DNA of 64,000 nt, taken from an uncultured Desulfobacterales bacterium. GTDB taxonomy: Bacteria > Desulfobacterota > DSM-4660 > Desulfatiglandales > JALVZP01. The stretch is taken from contig CAZEOQ010000004.1 of NCBI GenBank assembly GCA_964513995.1, positions 23,719-87,718 on the forward strand, given 5' to 3'. Made by a program: the position numbers and the translations under genes. The stretch's first letter is position 1. Every line of letters begins with the position of its first letter. The notes beneath the pieces are model-generated. The model was not told where the DNA came from. It did not search any database and was given only the letters and a program-made list of their open reading frames with translations. Below are positions 46,192 to 57,033 of this stretch, piece after piece.

Positions 46192-47189
46192 TCTATTTCC
46201 ATCTTCAGTCTTCTTGTCATAAGCTCTCTTACTGCCTCTTTTGGATCTTTTCCTTCATAAAGGATCCTGTATACCTGTTCTGTTATAGGCATCTCTACAT
46301 TCATCCTTTTTGAAAGCTCATAAGCAGATCTTGTAGTCCTTATCCCTTCTGCAACCATCTTCATACCTTTTACAATCTGTTCAAGCCTCATTCCTTTTCC
46401 TATCTTAAGTCCTACGGTTCTGTTTCTGCTGAGATCACCAGTGCAGGTAAGGACAAGATCACCAACTCCTGCAAGTCCAGAAAATGTTCTTGGATCTGCT
46501 CCCATAGCTTCTCCAAGACGGATTATCTCTGCAAGTCCCCTTGTTATAAGAGCAGCCCTTGCATTACTTCCAAACTCAAGTCCATCTGACACTCCTGCAG
46601 CAATTGCTATTACATTTTTCAGGGCTCCACCAAGCTGTGCACCAATTATGTCCTTGATAAGATATACCCTGAAGTATTCTGTATAAAATATCTTCTGAAG
46701 CTCCTTTCCAAGAGAAACATCATTGCATGCAACTGTTACAGCAGTTGGACACCTTCTTGCAACTTCTTTTGCAAATGAAGGTCCTGCAATACATGCAAAG
46801 TATTTTTTTGGGTCAAGTTCAAGGACATCTTCCATAATCTGTGAAGAAAGCATAAGTGTTTTATTTTCTATTCCTTTTGTTGCAAATACAAGAGGGATTC
46901 CTTCAGAAAGATATGGCTTTAGCTTCAGAAGGACATCTCTTAAGACATGTGATGGAACAGCAATAACAAGGAGATCTTTTCTGTAAAGGGCTTCTTCAAA
47001 TGAAGAAACAGGATTTATCCTTTCAGAAAGCTTTATTTCTGGAAGAAATACTTTATTTTCCCTTTCTTCCTTTATCTGTTTCAGGACCTCCTCTTCTCTT
47101 ACCCAGAGATCTATCCTGAATCCCTTTTCTGCAAGAAGATTTGCAAGTGTTGTTCCCCAGCTTCCTGCACCAATAACTGCTATCCTCAC
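46188..47189 (-). CDS. gpsA: NAD(P)H-dependent glycerol-3-phosphate dehydrogenase
   Basis: IAVIGAGSWGT, KGIE, GPSFA.EV, LKNVIAIAAG, GDL..TC....SRN...G. Confidence 0.9.
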   Translation of the reverse strand: MRIAVIGAGSWGTTLANLLAEKGFRIDLWVREEEVLKQIKEERENKVFLPEIKLSERINPVSSFEEALYRKDLLVIAVPSHVLRDVLLKLKPYLSEGIPLVFATKGIENKTLMLSSQIMEDVLELDPKKYFACIAGPSFAKEVARRCPTAVTVACNDVSLGKELQKIFYTEYFRVYLIKDIIGAQLGGALKNVIAIAAGVSDGLEFGSNARAALITRGLAEIIRLGEAMGADPRTFSGLAGVGDLVLTCTGDLSRNRTVGLKIGKGMRLEQIVKGMKMVAEGIRTTRSAYELSKRMNVEMPITEQVYRILYEGKDPKEAVRELMTRRLKMEIE

Positions 47190-47191
47190 AG

Positions 47192-49615
47192 CTATTCCTC
47201 CACAATCTTTGCAGCATCTACAACTTTCTCATCATCTCCAAGCTGAATAAGTCTTATACCCTGTGTATTTCTTCCCTGAACAGATATATCCTTTACCTTC
47301 ATCTTTATAAGCATTCCCTTATCAGTAATAAGCATGATCTGATCCTTTTCCTTTACATGACCAGAATATACCACGAGTCCATTCCTTTCCTTTACCTTTA
47401 GTGTAATAACTCCTTTTCCTCCTCTTCCTTGAACAGGATATTCTTTCAGTTCAGTCCTTTTTCCATATCCATTTTCTGTAATCGTAAGTATGTATCCCTG
47501 ATCCTCCTTTATTATCTCCATATCTACCACTTCATCCTTATCCTCAAGCCTTATTCCTATTACACCAGAAGCAGTCCTTCCTGTTTCACTTATCTGACTG
47601 CTTTTGAAACGTATAGCCTTTCCAAGCTTTGTGCTTAGAAATACATCTTCATCTGCTCTGATTGTTTTTACTCCTATAAGGCTATCATCTTCTTTTAACT
47701 TTATAGCCTGGATTCCATCTGACTTTATTTTGCTAAAAAGACTCAGCTTTGTCTTTTTTACGATCCCTTTTTTCGTTGCAAATATAAGATACTCCTCCTC
47801 AGAAAACTCCCTTACAGGAATCACAGCATCAATTCTTTCTCCTTCCTTAAGTCTCAGAAGATTCACTATTGCCTTTCCACGAGATGTCCTTCCCTCTTCT
47901 GGAATCTCATAAACCTTTTTGCTGAATGCCCTTCCTCTGTTTGTAAAGAAAAGAAGTGTATCATGTGCAAGTGCAAGAAACATGTGTTCTATGAAGTCTC
48001 CATCCTTTATCTTTGCTCCAAGAAGACCTTTTCCTCCTCTTTTCTGAGTCCTGTATGTGCTTGCTGGAGTCCTTTTTATGTATCCTCTATGAGTTATCGT
48101 TACGACCATCTCTTCATTTTCAATAAGATCCTCTGCTTCTATTTCAGCATCCTTTGAAGCAATTATCTTTGTCCTCCTTTCATCTCCATATTTTTCCTTT
48201 ATCCTTCTTGTCTCCTCCTTTATTATCTCAAGAATAAGCTTTGGATTTGAAAGAATTTCTCTGTATCTTGAAATGTCTTTCATAAGCTGTCTGTATTCAG
48301 CATCTATCTTTTCTCTCTCAAGTCCCGTAAGTCTCTGAAGTGTCATGTCAAGTATTGCCTGTGCCTGTTCATCTGTAAGTCCAAGCTCTTTTATAATTCT
48401 TCTTTTTGCCTCTTTTGGATCAGATGAGCTTTTTATAAGCCTTATTACTTTTTCAAGACTCATAAGTGCTTTTCTCATTCCTTCAAGTATATGCGCCCTT
48501 TTTTCTGCTTTCTTTAGCTCATACAATGTCCTTCTTCTTATCACTTCCCTTCTGTGAAGTATAAAATGCTCAAGTATCTGTTTCAGGTTAAGAATTTCTG
48601 GTCTTCCATTTACAATTGCAAGCATAATTATTCCAAAAGATACCTCCATCTGAGTGAACTTATAGAGCCTGTTAAGAATTACCTGAGGATTTACATCCTT
48701 TTTCAGTTCTATAACTATCCTTATTCCTTCTTTATTTGACTCATCCCTTATGTCAGTTATTCCCTCAAGCTTTTTCTCTCTTACAAGCTCTCCAATTCTT
48801 TCAACAAGCTTTACTTTGTTCACCTGATATGGAATCTCTGTAATGATTATCCTGTTCCTTTTTTTTCCTTTTTCTATATGTGCCTTTGCCCTTATCTTTA
48901 TTATCCCTTTTCCAGTCTTATATGCCTCCTTTATCCCTTTTCTTCCTATGATGAATCCTGCTGTTGGGAAATCAGGTCCAAGGATTATCTTCATAAGCTC
49001 ATCTACGCTTGTATCAGGATCATCTATGAGCTTTATCAGTGCATCACACACTTCACGAAGATTATGAGGAGGAATGTTTGTTGCCATTCCTACTGCAATT
49101 CCTGATGAACCATTTATGAGGAGATTTGGGATTGTTGTTGGAAGGACAGTTGGCTCCATAAGTGTTCCATCATAGTTTGGGACAAAGTCAACGGTGTCTT
49201 TTTCTATGTCTAAAAGAAAGTCCTTTGCCATTTCTGTCATTCTCACTTCTGTATAGCGCATTGCAGCAGGTGGATCTCCATCAATTGAACCAAAGTTTCC
49301 CTGTCCGTCAATAAGAGGATATCTCATTGAAAAGTCCTGTGCCATCCTTACAATTGCATCATATACTGGTGCATCTCCATGTGGATGATATTTTCCTATT
49401 ACATCTCCAACGATCCTTGCAGACTTCTTATATGGTCTGTCAGGGAAATTTCTCATCTCATACATACTGTAAAGGATTCTTCTGTGAACTGGCTTAAGTC
49501 CATCCCTTACATCAGGTATAGCCCTTCCAATTATTACACTTAAGGAATATTCAAGATAAGATCTTTTCAGCTCTTCTTCTATGCTTACTACTTCTATGTT
49601 TGCCATTTCTTCCAT
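47192..49615 (-). CDS. gyrA: DNA gyrase subunit A
   Basis: [48 protein letters not shown], and C-terminal beta-pinwheel repeats. I set the start at ATG 49615 (MEEMAN), which has GGAGGG 7 nt upstream. Confidence 0.95.
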   Translation of the reverse strand: MEEMANIEVVSIEEELKRSYLEYSLSVIIGRAIPDVRDGLKPVHRRILYSMYEMRNFPDRPYKKSARIVGDVIGKYHPHGDAPVYDAIVRMAQDFSMRYPLIDGQGNFGSIDGDPPAAMRYTEVRMTEMAKDFLLDIEKDTVDFVPNYDGTLMEPTVLPTTIPNLLINGSSGIAVGMATNIPPHNLREVCDALIKLIDDPDTSVDELMKIILGPDFPTAGFIIGRKGIKEAYKTGKGIIKIRAKAHIEKGKKRNRIIITEIPYQVNKVKLVERIGELVREKKLEGITDIRDESNKEGIRIVIELKKDVNPQVILNRLYKFTQMEVSFGIIMLAIVNGRPEILNLKQILEHFILHRREVIRRRTLYELKKAEKRAHILEGMRKALMSLEKVIRLIKSSSDPKEAKRRIIKELGLTDEQAQAILDMTLQRLTGLEREKIDAEYRQLMKDISRYREILSNPKLILEIIKEETRRIKEKYGDERRTKIIASKDAEIEAEDLIENEEMVVTITHRGYIKRTPASTYRTQKRGGKGLLGAKIKDGDFIEHMFLALAHDTLLFFTNRGRAFSKKVYEIPEEGRTSRGKAIVNLLRLKEGERIDAVIPVREFSEEEYLIFATKKGIVKKTKLSLFSKIKSDGIQAIKLKEDDSLIGVKTIRADEDVFLSTKLGKAIRFKSSQISETGRTASGVIGIRLEDKDEVVDMEIIKEDQGYILTITENGYGKRTELKEYPVQGRGGKGVITLKVKERNGLVVYSGHVKEKDQIMLITDKGMLIKMKVKDISVQGRNTQGIRLIQLGDDEKVVDAAKIVEE

Positions 49616-49631
49616 CCTTTTTCCCTCCTTT

Positions 49632-50846
49632 TTATGATGCAAATACTGCAGCCATCTGAAATATTGGAAGATACATTGAAATTACAAGACCTCCTATTGT
49701 TCCTCCAAGAAATACAATAAGTATTGGCTCAATCATAGAACTTAATGCCTCAACTGTTGCATCTACTTCCTGCTCATAAAATTCTGCTATCTTTGAAAGC
49801 ATCTTATCAAGTTCACCTGTTGCCTCACCTACTGCTATCATCTGAACTACCATAGGTGGAAATATGGGATGTTCTAAAAGAAGCTCTGCAATTGAAAATC
49901 CTTCTGCTATACCTGATTTTACATCAAGTATAGCTTCTTCAATAACTGAATTTCCAGCGGTCTTTGAAACTATGTCAAGTGCTTCAAGGATCGGAACTCC
50001 ACTTTTTACCATTGTGCTAAATGTTCTGGTAAATCTTGCTATACAGCTTTTTTTTATAAGCTCACCAAATACAGGAAGTCTGAGTGCAAGGGCATCTGTT
50101 ATGTATCTTCCTTTTTTTGTTCTTCTTATCTGTTTAAAGACGAAAAATAAAGCAGCAGTCATTGCTATCATATAATGTATATGTGACTTTACAAAATGAC
50201 TCATTCTTATAACCATCTGTGTTGGAAGAGGAAGTGCCATTCCTGCTTCAGAAAACATCTTCTCAAACACAGGAATAACAAATGTCATTATTATTGCCAC
50301 AACAATTATCGCTATTGCTATAACAACTGCTGGATATGTAAGAGCTCCTTTTACTTTTGATTTTATCTTTTCAAGCTTTTCAAGATATTCTGCAAGTCTT
50401 TGAAGAACAACCTCAAGTGTTCCACCTGCTTCTCCAGCAGATACAAGGCTTACATAAAGCCTGTCAAATACATCTGGATGCTTTGAAAGGGCTTCTCCAA
50501 GACTTTTTCCTTCCTTTTCCACATCATCTATTATCTGTTTCAGGATCTTTTTGAATGTTATGTTCTCTGTCTGATCTGCAAGGATACTTAGTCCTTGAAC
50601 AACAGGAAGACCAGCTTCTACCATGGTAGAAAACTGCCTCGTAAATACAACAACATCCTTTGTCTTTACCTTTGGCTGAAGGAATGGAACATATTCAGAA
50701 AGATCTTTTGGTTTCTCTTTTATCTTTATAAGTCTCAGTCTTCTTCTTCTAAGCTGTGCTCTTACAATCCTTTCATCTGCTGCCTCCATTTCACCTTTTA
50801 TGATTCTTCCTCTTTGAGTTTCTGCAACCCAGCTGTAAACTGGCAT
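49632..50846 (-). CDS. pilC: Type IV pilus / type II secretion platform protein (PilC/GspF family)
   Basis: There are two GspF repeats ([15 protein letters not shown]..., [19 protein letters not shown]) and three transmembrane segments. I chose the start at ATG 50846 (MPVYSW) because the ORF-track start is a TTG without a Shine-Dalgarno sequence. Confidence 0.85.
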   Translation of the reverse strand: MPVYSWVAETQRGRIIKGEMEAADERIVRAQLRRRRLRLIKIKEKPKDLSEYVPFLQPKVKTKDVVVFTRQFSTMVEAGLPVVQGLSILADQTENITFKKILKQIIDDVEKEGKSLGEALSKHPDVFDRLYVSLVSAGEAGGTLEVVLQRLAEYLEKLEKIKSKVKGALTYPAVVIAIAIIVVAIIMTFVIPVFEKMFSEAGMALPLPTQMVIRMSHFVKSHIHYMIAMTAALFFVFKQIRRTKKGRYITDALALRLPVFGELIKKSCIARFTRTFSTMVKSGVPILEALDIVSKTAGNSVIEEAILDVKSGIAEGFSIAELLLEHPIFPPMVVQMIAVGEATGELDKMLSKIAEFYEQEVDATVEALSSMIEPILIVFLGGTIGGLVISMYLPIFQMAAVFAS

Positions 50847-50894
50847 AAAAAAATCCCTTTCTGTTTTTTTCAAATAAAATTATTTTATTAAAAA

Positions 50895-50923
50895 TTGCTT
50901 GTCAATTTTCTTTAGTTTATATT
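50895..50923 (+). promoter_or_regulatory. Candidate sigma70-like promoter upstream of hisD
   Basis: TTGCTT (50895-50900), a 17-nt spacer, then TATATT (50918-50923), about 80 nt upstream of the hisD ATG. The surrounding sequence is AT-rich, so a chance match is possible. Confidence 0.3.
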
Positions 50924-51004
50924 ATTGATGCTATAGTAGAATTTGTCTGCTGGAGCGATAATCCGTCGTGCAGGAGATGAAGCAAAAGAAGGAGGCTTGC
51001 AGAA

Positions 51005-52300
51005 ATGAAGATCCTAAGGATAAAAGAGCTTTCTGCTGAAGAAAAAAGAAGGATCCTTGAAAGATCAATGATTGATATAAGTTCTGTATATGATGAAGTA
51101 AGGAGGATAATAGAAGATGTAAGAAAAAGAGGAAACAAAGCAATAGAGGATCAGCATGAAAGGTTTTTTGGAGAAAAGATCCTGGAAGAAGAGCTTGAGG
51201 TAAAAAAAGAAGAGATAGAAGATGCATACAGAAAGGTTGATCCTGAGATAATAGAAAGTCTTAAAAATTCAGCAAGGAACATAAAGGTATTTCATGAAGC
51301 ACAGATTGAAAAACAGATGTGGATAAAAGAAGTAGAAAGAGGAATACTTGCAGGAAGGATGACTGTTCCAATAGAAAAAGTTGGCTGTTATGTCCCTGGT
51401 GGAAGAGCAATATATCCAAGTTCACTTCTTATGACAGCAATTCCAGCAAAGGTTGCAGGAGTAAAGGAAGTTATTGTTACAACCCCACCAAAAAAAGGAA
51501 AAAAAGTTGATCCCCTTATTCTTGTCTCAGCAGATATAGCAGGTGTTGACAGGATCTTTAAGATAGGAGGACCATGGGCTATTGCTGCACTTGCATTTGG
51601 GACAGAGACTGTTCCAAAAGTAGAGAAGATCGTTGGTCCTGGAAATATATATGTAACAGCAGCAAAGCTTATTCTTTATGGAAAGGTAAGTATTGATCTT
51701 CCTGCAGGACCAAGTGAGATACTTATCATAGCAGACAAGGATCAGGATCCAAAGTGGATTGCAACAGATCTTTTATCCCAGCTTGAACATGATCCAGATT
51801 CATCTGCAGTCCTTATAACAGATTCTGAAAAGCTTGCAAATGATGTATACAGGATAATAGAAAAAAGCTATGAAAGACTTCCAAGAAAAGACATACTTTC
51901 CTCATCTCTAAAAAAATACTCATACATACTCATATCAGAAGATCTTGATGAGGCAATAAGATTTGCAAATGAATATGCTCCAGAACACATCCAGATCATG
52001 ACAAAAGATCCATTCCTTATACTTCCAAAGATAAGGAATGCAGGATCCATCTTTCTCGGTCCATACAGCCCTGTCCCTGCAGGAGATTATGCATCTGGAA
52101 CAAATCATGTTCTTCCTACAGGAGGAAGTGCAAAAGGATTTTCAGGACTTTCTGTGGATGACTTCCTGAAAAGGATCACCTTTCAGTATATAACAAAACA
52201 GGGACTTATGAGTATAAAAGATACGGTTATAAGACTGGCTGAAAAGGAAGGTCTTCCACTTCATGCTCAGTCAATAAAAATAAGGTTTAGAGATGATTAA
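51005..52300 (+). CDS. hisD: Histidinol dehydrogenase
   Basis: 431 aa. VGCYVPGG.A.YPSS, GPGN.YV, SQLEHDP, EYAPEHI, GDYASGTNHVLPT. Confidence 0.95.
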   Translation: MKILRIKELSAEEKRRILERSMIDISSVYDEVRRIIEDVRKRGNKAIEDQHERFFGEKILEEELEVKKEEIEDAYRKVDPEIIESLKNSARNIKVFHEAQIEKQMWIKEVERGILAGRMTVPIEKVGCYVPGGRAIYPSSLLMTAIPAKVAGVKEVIVTTPPKKGKKVDPLILVSADIAGVDRIFKIGGPWAIAALAFGTETVPKVEKIVGPGNIYVTAAKLILYGKVSIDLPAGPSEILIIADKDQDPKWIATDLLSQLEHDPDSSAVLITDSEKLANDVYRIIEKSYERLPRKDILSSSLKKYSYILISEDLDEAIRFANEYAPEHIQIMTKDPFLILPKIRNAGSIFLGPYSPVPAGDYASGTNHVLPTGGSAKGFSGLSVDDFLKRITFQYITKQGLMSIKDTVIRLAEKEGLPLHAQSIKIRFRDD

Positions 52301-53666
52301 AAAAGAGGCTCTGGAAGAGCTAAAAGAGATCGTTGGAAAGGATGGGTTTATTGATAAAATGCCAGAGCTTATTTCCTATTCGTATGACGCAACAACTGAT
52401 TGGAAAAAGGTTCCTGACATAGTCCTTTTTCCAAAAAACAAGGAGCAGATCTCAAGAATAATGAAGGTTGCATACAGGTATGAGATACCTGTTACTGTAA
52501 GAGGTGCAGGGACAAATGTATCAGGTGGATCAATCCCCATAAAAGGAGGAATTGTTCTTTGCACAACAAGGATGAACAGGATAATTGAGCTTGATAAAGA
52601 GAACCTATATGTAAAGGTAGAAGCTGGAGTAGTTCTGAATGATCTTTATGAGTTTTTGAAAAAACACGGGCTCTTTTTTCCTCCAGACCCACAGAGCTAT
52701 CTTGCAGCAACTGTTGGTGGATGCGTTTCTGAAAATTCAGGAGGTCCATATGCAGTAAAATACGGTGTCTTTAAACATTATCTACTTGGGCTTACATGCA
52801 TCCTTCCAGATGGAACACTGATTGAACTTGGTGGAAGGACAATGAAAAATGTCACAGGATATGATCTTCCACAGCTCATATGTGGATCAGAAGGAACACT
52901 TGCAATAATTGCAGATGTTACACTTCGCGTCATACCCCTTCCTGAATCAAGAAAGACAATAATTTCTGCATTCAGAGATGTTATAGATTCTGGAAGGGTT
53001 GTAAGCAGGGTCATATCAGAAGGAATAATTCCTGCAAAGATAGAGCTTATTGACAACTGGATCATAAGAAGGATTGAAGAAACAGATCCTATAGGTCTTC
53101 CAATAGAAGCAGATTCTGTCCTTATGTTTGAAGTAGATGGAAGAAGAGAGGCTGTTAAAAGAGAAGCTGATCAGATAATAAAAATTTGCAGGAAAGAGGG
53201 AGCAATAAAGATAGAAAGTGCTGAAGAAAAGGAAGCTGAAAGATTCTGGAATGCAAGAAGAAAAGGATTTTCCATGATATTTTCTCGTGCAAGGACTGTT
53301 ATAGCAGAAGATGTTGTTGTTCCACCAAAAAGACTCCCTGATCTTATTCTGAAAATAAAAGACATAGCAAAAAGGTATAAATTGCAGATCGTGCTTATTG
53401 GACATGCAGGTGATGGTAATCTTCATCCAAGTATCCTTACAGACAGATCTGACACTGATCATTACAGGAGAGCACAAAAGGCTTCTGAAGAGATATTCCA
53501 GTGTGCAATAGAGCTTGGAGGAGCAATATCTGGTGAGCATGGAATAGGACTTGAAAAAAGAAGGTTTCTGAAAAAGATCCTTCCTGAAAGGGAACTCAGG
53601 CTTCTAAGGGAAATAAAAAAAGTATTTGATCCAAAAGGAATACTTAATCCAGGAAAGATATGGTAA
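52293..53666 (+). CDS. glcD: FAD-linked oxidase (GlcD / D-lactate dehydrogenase family)
   Basis: PCMH-type FAD-binding domain (PVTVRGAGTNVSGGSIP), and a C-terminal domain with GHAGDGNLHP and GGAISGEHGIG. Confidence 0.85.
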   Translation: MIKKEALEELKEIVGKDGFIDKMPELISYSYDATTDWKKVPDIVLFPKNKEQISRIMKVAYRYEIPVTVRGAGTNVSGGSIPIKGGIVLCTTRMNRIIELDKENLYVKVEAGVVLNDLYEFLKKHGLFFPPDPQSYLAATVGGCVSENSGGPYAVKYGVFKHYLLGLTCILPDGTLIELGGRTMKNVTGYDLPQLICGSEGTLAIIADVTLRVIPLPESRKTIISAFRDVIDSGRVVSRVISEGIIPAKIELIDNWIIRRIEETDPIGLPIEADSVLMFEVDGRREAVKREADQIIKICRKEGAIKIESAEEKEAERFWNARRKGFSMIFSRARTVIAEDVVVPPKRLPDLILKIKDIAKRYKLQIVLIGHAGDGNLHPSILTDRSDTDHYRRAQKASEEIFQCAIELGGAISGEHGIGLEKRRFLKKILPERELRLLREIKKVFDPKGILNPGKIW

Positions 53667-54850
53667 AGGATGCTGAAAGATGTATGAAGTGTGGTTTTTG
53701 TATGTCTGTATGTCCTGTTTATTCTGCAGATCACATAGAAGCACATGTTGCAAGAGGAAGAAATGTCCTTATAAGCATGGATCTTCCAGAAAGATCCTAC
53801 AAAGATGTCCTTTCATTCTGTCTTCTTTGCAAAAGATGTGAGGCAGTATGTCCAGCAAAAGTTCCCAGTGCGGATATAACGATTCGGGCAAGGGAAAGAC
53901 TTGTAAAAGAAAGAGGTCTTGGAATAGTTCAGTTCATAATATACAGGATTCTTCTCTTTAGAAGAGATCTCCTTGCAAGAATCCTTTATCTTCTTTCAAA
54001 GATCCCCCGATTTTCCTTAAAAGATGCACCTTTTTTAAGACACATGGCTGACAGCTACTTTATTTTTTTTAAGGAAGTCTTAATTCCAAAGCTTTCTGTC
54101 CCTTTTCTTTCAAAAAGGATAAAGAAGGTAGAAGGCTCTGGAGAAAAGATTGCCGTATTTCCTGGATGTTCATTTGAGTTTTTCTTTTCTTACATAGGAG
54201 AAAAGATATTCCTTTTTCTCAGCAAAAATGGATACCTTCCAGAATATCCTTCTGAAACAGGCTGTTGTGGATTTCCCATATATGTTGCAGGAGACATAGA
54301 TACGGCAAAAAAGCTTGCAAAAAAAAACATTGATGCACTTCTTGGATATGAAAAGATCGTTACAGGATGTGCAACATGTGCTTCTGCACTTAAGGGATAC
54401 AGAGATTGGTTTGAGGAAAAGGAATGGAAGGAAAAAGCAGAGGAAATTTCAAAAAAAGTTATGGTTCTTTCTGAATTCATAGTAAAAGAAGGAATAGAAC
54501 CTGAAAGCAGATTAAAAGATGTAACTGTTTCATATCATGATCCATGTCACTTAAAGTGGCATCAGGGGATATACATAGAACCAAGACAGGTTATAAAAAG
54601 GATGAAGGAAGTAAAGTTTCTGGAAATTCCTGACATCTGCTGTGGACTTGGAGGGGCATTTGGAATAATCCACAGAGATGTAAGTCTTAAGATACAGAAG
54701 AAAAGAATGGAGTCAATAAAAGAAGTTTCACCTCAGATAATAGCTACAGAATGTCCAGGATGTCTTCTTCAGCTTCAGGATGGAGTAAGAAGATTTGGTA
54801 TTAAAGCAAGAGTAGTTCATCTCGTTGAATTATTGATGAATGGAAGATGA
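53660..54850 (+). CDS. (Fe-S)-binding oxidoreductase subunit, GlcF/GlpC-like
   Basis: Two ferredoxin-type clusters (CMKCGFCMSVCP, CLLCKRCEAVCP) and two CCG domains (FPGC..., CCGFP; HDPCHL, CCGLGG). It overlaps glcD by 7 nt. Confidence 0.8.
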   Translation: MVKDAERCMKCGFCMSVCPVYSADHIEAHVARGRNVLISMDLPERSYKDVLSFCLLCKRCEAVCPAKVPSADITIRARERLVKERGLGIVQFIIYRILLFRRDLLARILYLLSKIPRFSLKDAPFLRHMADSYFIFFKEVLIPKLSVPFLSKRIKKVEGSGEKIAVFPGCSFEFFFSYIGEKIFLFLSKNGYLPEYPSETGCCGFPIYVAGDIDTAKKLAKKNIDALLGYEKIVTGCATCASALKGYRDWFEEKEWKEKAEEISKKVMVLSEFIVKEGIEPESRLKDVTVSYHDPCHLKWHQGIYIEPRQVIKRMKEVKFLEIPDICCGLGGAFGIIHRDVSLKIQKKRMESIKEVSPQIIATECPGCLLQLQDGVRRFGIKARVVHLVELLMNGR

Positions 54851-54950
54851 GGCTTTAATTTCTTACAGAAACAGCCTTCTGGAAAAGAGAGCTTTGTTAC
54901 TTCAGATAAAGACAACGAATTGAACAGATCTATTGAAGAGTTTAAAAAAA

Positions 54951-55024
54951 TGCGCCCGGCAGGATTCGAACCTGCGACCTTTGGATTCGTAGTCCAACGC
55001 TCTGTCCAGCTGAGCTACGGGCGC
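54951..55024 (-). tRNA. tRNA-Arg (anticodon ACG)
   Basis: The reverse complement folds as a 74-nt cloverleaf. The acceptor stem is GCGCCCG/CGGGCGC, the D arm is GCTC-AGCTGGACA-GAGC, the anticodon arm is TTGGA-CTACGAA-TCCAA, and the T arm is GCAGG-TTCGAAT-CCTGC. The discriminator is A. Confidence 0.9.
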
Positions 55025-55055
55025 ATTTTTTCTAATTCTACTACAAAAAATTCTT

Positions 55056-56120
55056 CTATACAAGAAGATGCAGATTCCCTATTTTTACATTCCTGAGTCC
55101 TGCCTTTTTTGCCTCAAAATAACACTCCTCAGCAAAATGCTTTGATATAAATCCAAGATCTTTCATGAAGAAGTGTGGATAAAATGCAAGGAGACTATAA
55201 GGGATTTCTGGATCTATGTTTGCAATGAATCTTGCTATATTTCTCACTTCTTCCACATCTATATATCCTGGAACAAGAAGTGTGCTTGCAACAAGAGGAG
55301 GTGGCTCTCTTCTTTCTTTTAACATAGATGCTGCATACTGAAAGTTGCTGAGTGTTCTTTTGTTTGTAACTCCTGTAAGTGCAATATGAAGATTTTCATT
55401 CCATGCCTTAAGGTCAAACTTTATTGTTCCACCAGACTGAACAGAAAGCCTCATCATCTCTTTCAAAAGCCTTCTGTTCATAGATCCATTCGTCTCCCAG
55501 CATATCCTCAAAATCCTTCCCTTTTTCCTTTCAAGTGCAATCCTTGAAAGCTTTATTGCAAATGGAAGCTGTGGTGTTGGATCTCCTCCAAAATAACAGA
55601 TGCATGATACCTTCTCATCTATGTCTGAAAGGACATCTTCCAGTGTCCTTTTTTCTGGAAGAAGTGTTTCCTTTCTATAGTGCCAGTTCTGGCAATAAAG
55701 ACAGTTGAATGAGCATGCATGAAAAAATACAGCAAGATTTTTGTATCCATACTCAGGACCATTCCTGTATGCATATTTTGGATATCCTGCTCCTTTTCCT
55801 CCAGCACATACCCAGTCTGCTACACAGTTTGTTGGAAGTGGATCATGATACCATGAAAGCTTTGCTTCATTTGAGCTATGTTTATCAAGTCCGCAGTATC
55901 CTATATCTTTTGTCTTACATTCGTTGACACATATCTTGCATCTTCTTCCATCTTTTTCTTTTGGAGGAAAAGGTGGAAGACCAAATATTTCTCTGCTCTT
56001 TCTGTGTGCTTCAAGTGCAATAGGAATTGCAAGCTCTGGTTTTTTTCTTATGCATGAAAGGCATACCTTGAGTGATTCAGATATCTCAGGAGATTCTTTT
56101 CCACAGATCTTACACCTCAT
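55056..56120 (-). CDS. Radical SAM protein (PflA-activase / AmmeMemoRadiSam-like) with an N-terminal Cys-rich region
   Basis: The N-terminus shows CKICG...CLSC and CKICVNEC...GYCG. The radical SAM triad is FFHACSFNCLYCQNWHY. GGDPTP is present. 354 aa. Confidence 0.75.
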   Translation of the reverse strand: MRCKICGKESPEISESLKVCLSCIRKKPELAIPIALEAHRKSREIFGLPPFPPKEKDGRRCKICVNECKTKDIGYCGLDKHSSNEAKLSWYHDPLPTNCVADWVCAGGKGAGYPKYAYRNGPEYGYKNLAVFFHACSFNCLYCQNWHYRKETLLPEKRTLEDVLSDIDEKVSCICYFGGDPTPQLPFAIKLSRIALERKKGRILRICWETNGSMNRRLLKEMMRLSVQSGGTIKFDLKAWNENLHIALTGVTNKRTLSNFQYAASMLKERREPPPLVASTLLVPGYIDVEEVRNIARFIANIDPEIPYSLLAFYPHFFMKDLGFISKHFAEECYFEAKKAGLRNVKIGNLHLLV

Positions 56121-57033
56121 TTTCCATCTTCCTTATTATATCCTCTGCCTCTTTTATGTCAGATTCCTTTATCTTTTCTTCATTCTTGCAGAATGAACAT
56201 CTTATTATCCCTTTTCTTTTTAAAAGCTCCTTTGTAATCTTTACGGGATTCTTTTTTATAATTGAATAAAGCCTTTTTAGAAGAGTTCCTTTTTCCAGAA
56301 TTGAAAGATTATCCTTTTCTTCATCTATCTGAATTATCTCTTTCCACACATGCGGAACAAGGTTTGCACTAACTGATACAACTCCTGTTTTGTTTGGATA
56401 ATCCAAAAAGAACCCCTCGTCTCCATCATATATCCTAAAAGAAGCTCTTTCTTTTACAGCTCTTTGATAATTCAGTGCCCTTTTTATGCTTCCAAAAAAT
56501 ATAAGACCAGCTATTTTTTCTATCTTTGAGAGCTTTTTCAGAACAGATGTCCTTATGTTTTTTCTTCTAAAGTGTCCTTTTACCTTTTCTACGATCTTTG
56601 GATTATTATAAAGGACAAAAGGATATGAACTTATAGCTGTCATCCTGTGATACATAGAAGGAAGTCCTCTGTTTCCGTGATAATAAAGAGGAGAATCTAC
56701 CCAGAATATCTTTCCAGAATATGAAGCCTCTTTTATCGTCTTTTGAAAAATAATGATGTTTCTTTTTGTATCATCTTCTGTATCCTCTGTTATGTAAACA
56801 AAAAGAGGAATATTTTCAGAGACTGAATAAAGAAGCCTTTTAAGTATCTCGTTTTTTTCCTGAATTGTAAGACTTTGAGCCTCTCCTGCTTCTGGGCTAA
56901 AAAGAAGGATCCCATCAGAATATCTTTTTATTCTTTCTATAAGATTCAGGAAGCTTTCACTGTCAAAAGAAAGCATTTCGTCCATTGGAATAACAAGATC
57001 AACTATCAGACCTTTTGGAAGGTATTCCTGCAT
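56110..57033 (-). CDS. DapA/NAL-fold (dihydrodipicolinate synthase family) protein, divergent
   Basis: The protein is collinear with DapA. GLIVDLVIPMDE aligns with GSIVAIVTPMDE. EAGEAQSLTIQEK aligns with TTGESATLNHDEH. SPLYY aligns with TPYY. VLYNNP aligns with ILYNVP. VSVSANL aligns with ISVTANV. The Schiff-base Lys position (IIGIKEA) reads IAGLIFF. Confidence 0.55.
   Translation of the reverse strand: MQEYLPKGLIVDLVIPMDEMLSFDSESFLNLIERIKRYSDGILLFSPEAGEAQSLTIQEKNEILKRLLYSVSENIPLFVYITEDTEDDTKRNIIIFQKTIKEASYSGKIFWVDSPLYYHGNRGLPSMYHRMTAISSYPFVLYNNPKIVEKVKGHFRRKNIRTSVLKKLSKIEKIAGLIFFGSIKRALNYQRAVKERASFRIYDGDEGFFLDYPNKTGVVSVSANLVPHVWKEIIQIDEEKDNLSILEKGTLLKRLYSIIKKNPVKITKELLKRKGIIRCSFCKNEEKIKESDIKEAEDIIRKMENEV

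Noticed and set aside
49616-49642. Several ORF-track entries carry N-terminal extensions: gyrA 49642, pgk 20523, DUF1015 6928 and pilC 50873 (TTG).
   Set aside because: In each case a downstream ATG preceded by GGAGG-type Shine-Dalgarno sequence at a 6-8 nt spacing gives a canonical family N-terminus and removes overlaps with the neighbouring gene.
50931-51004. The hisD 5' leader was examined for a T-box, an attenuator peptide or a riboswitch.
   Set aside because: It is only about 75 nt long. It has no His-codon-rich leader peptide, no specifier/antiterminator architecture, and no stable conserved-looking stem.
53016-53540. A 174-aa minus-strand ORF, along with others (52376..53746), lies inside glcD.
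   Set aside because: It is nested antisense to a strongly recognised FAD-oxidase gene. It is Cys/Phe/Tyr-rich low-complexity sequence with no ribosome-binding site.
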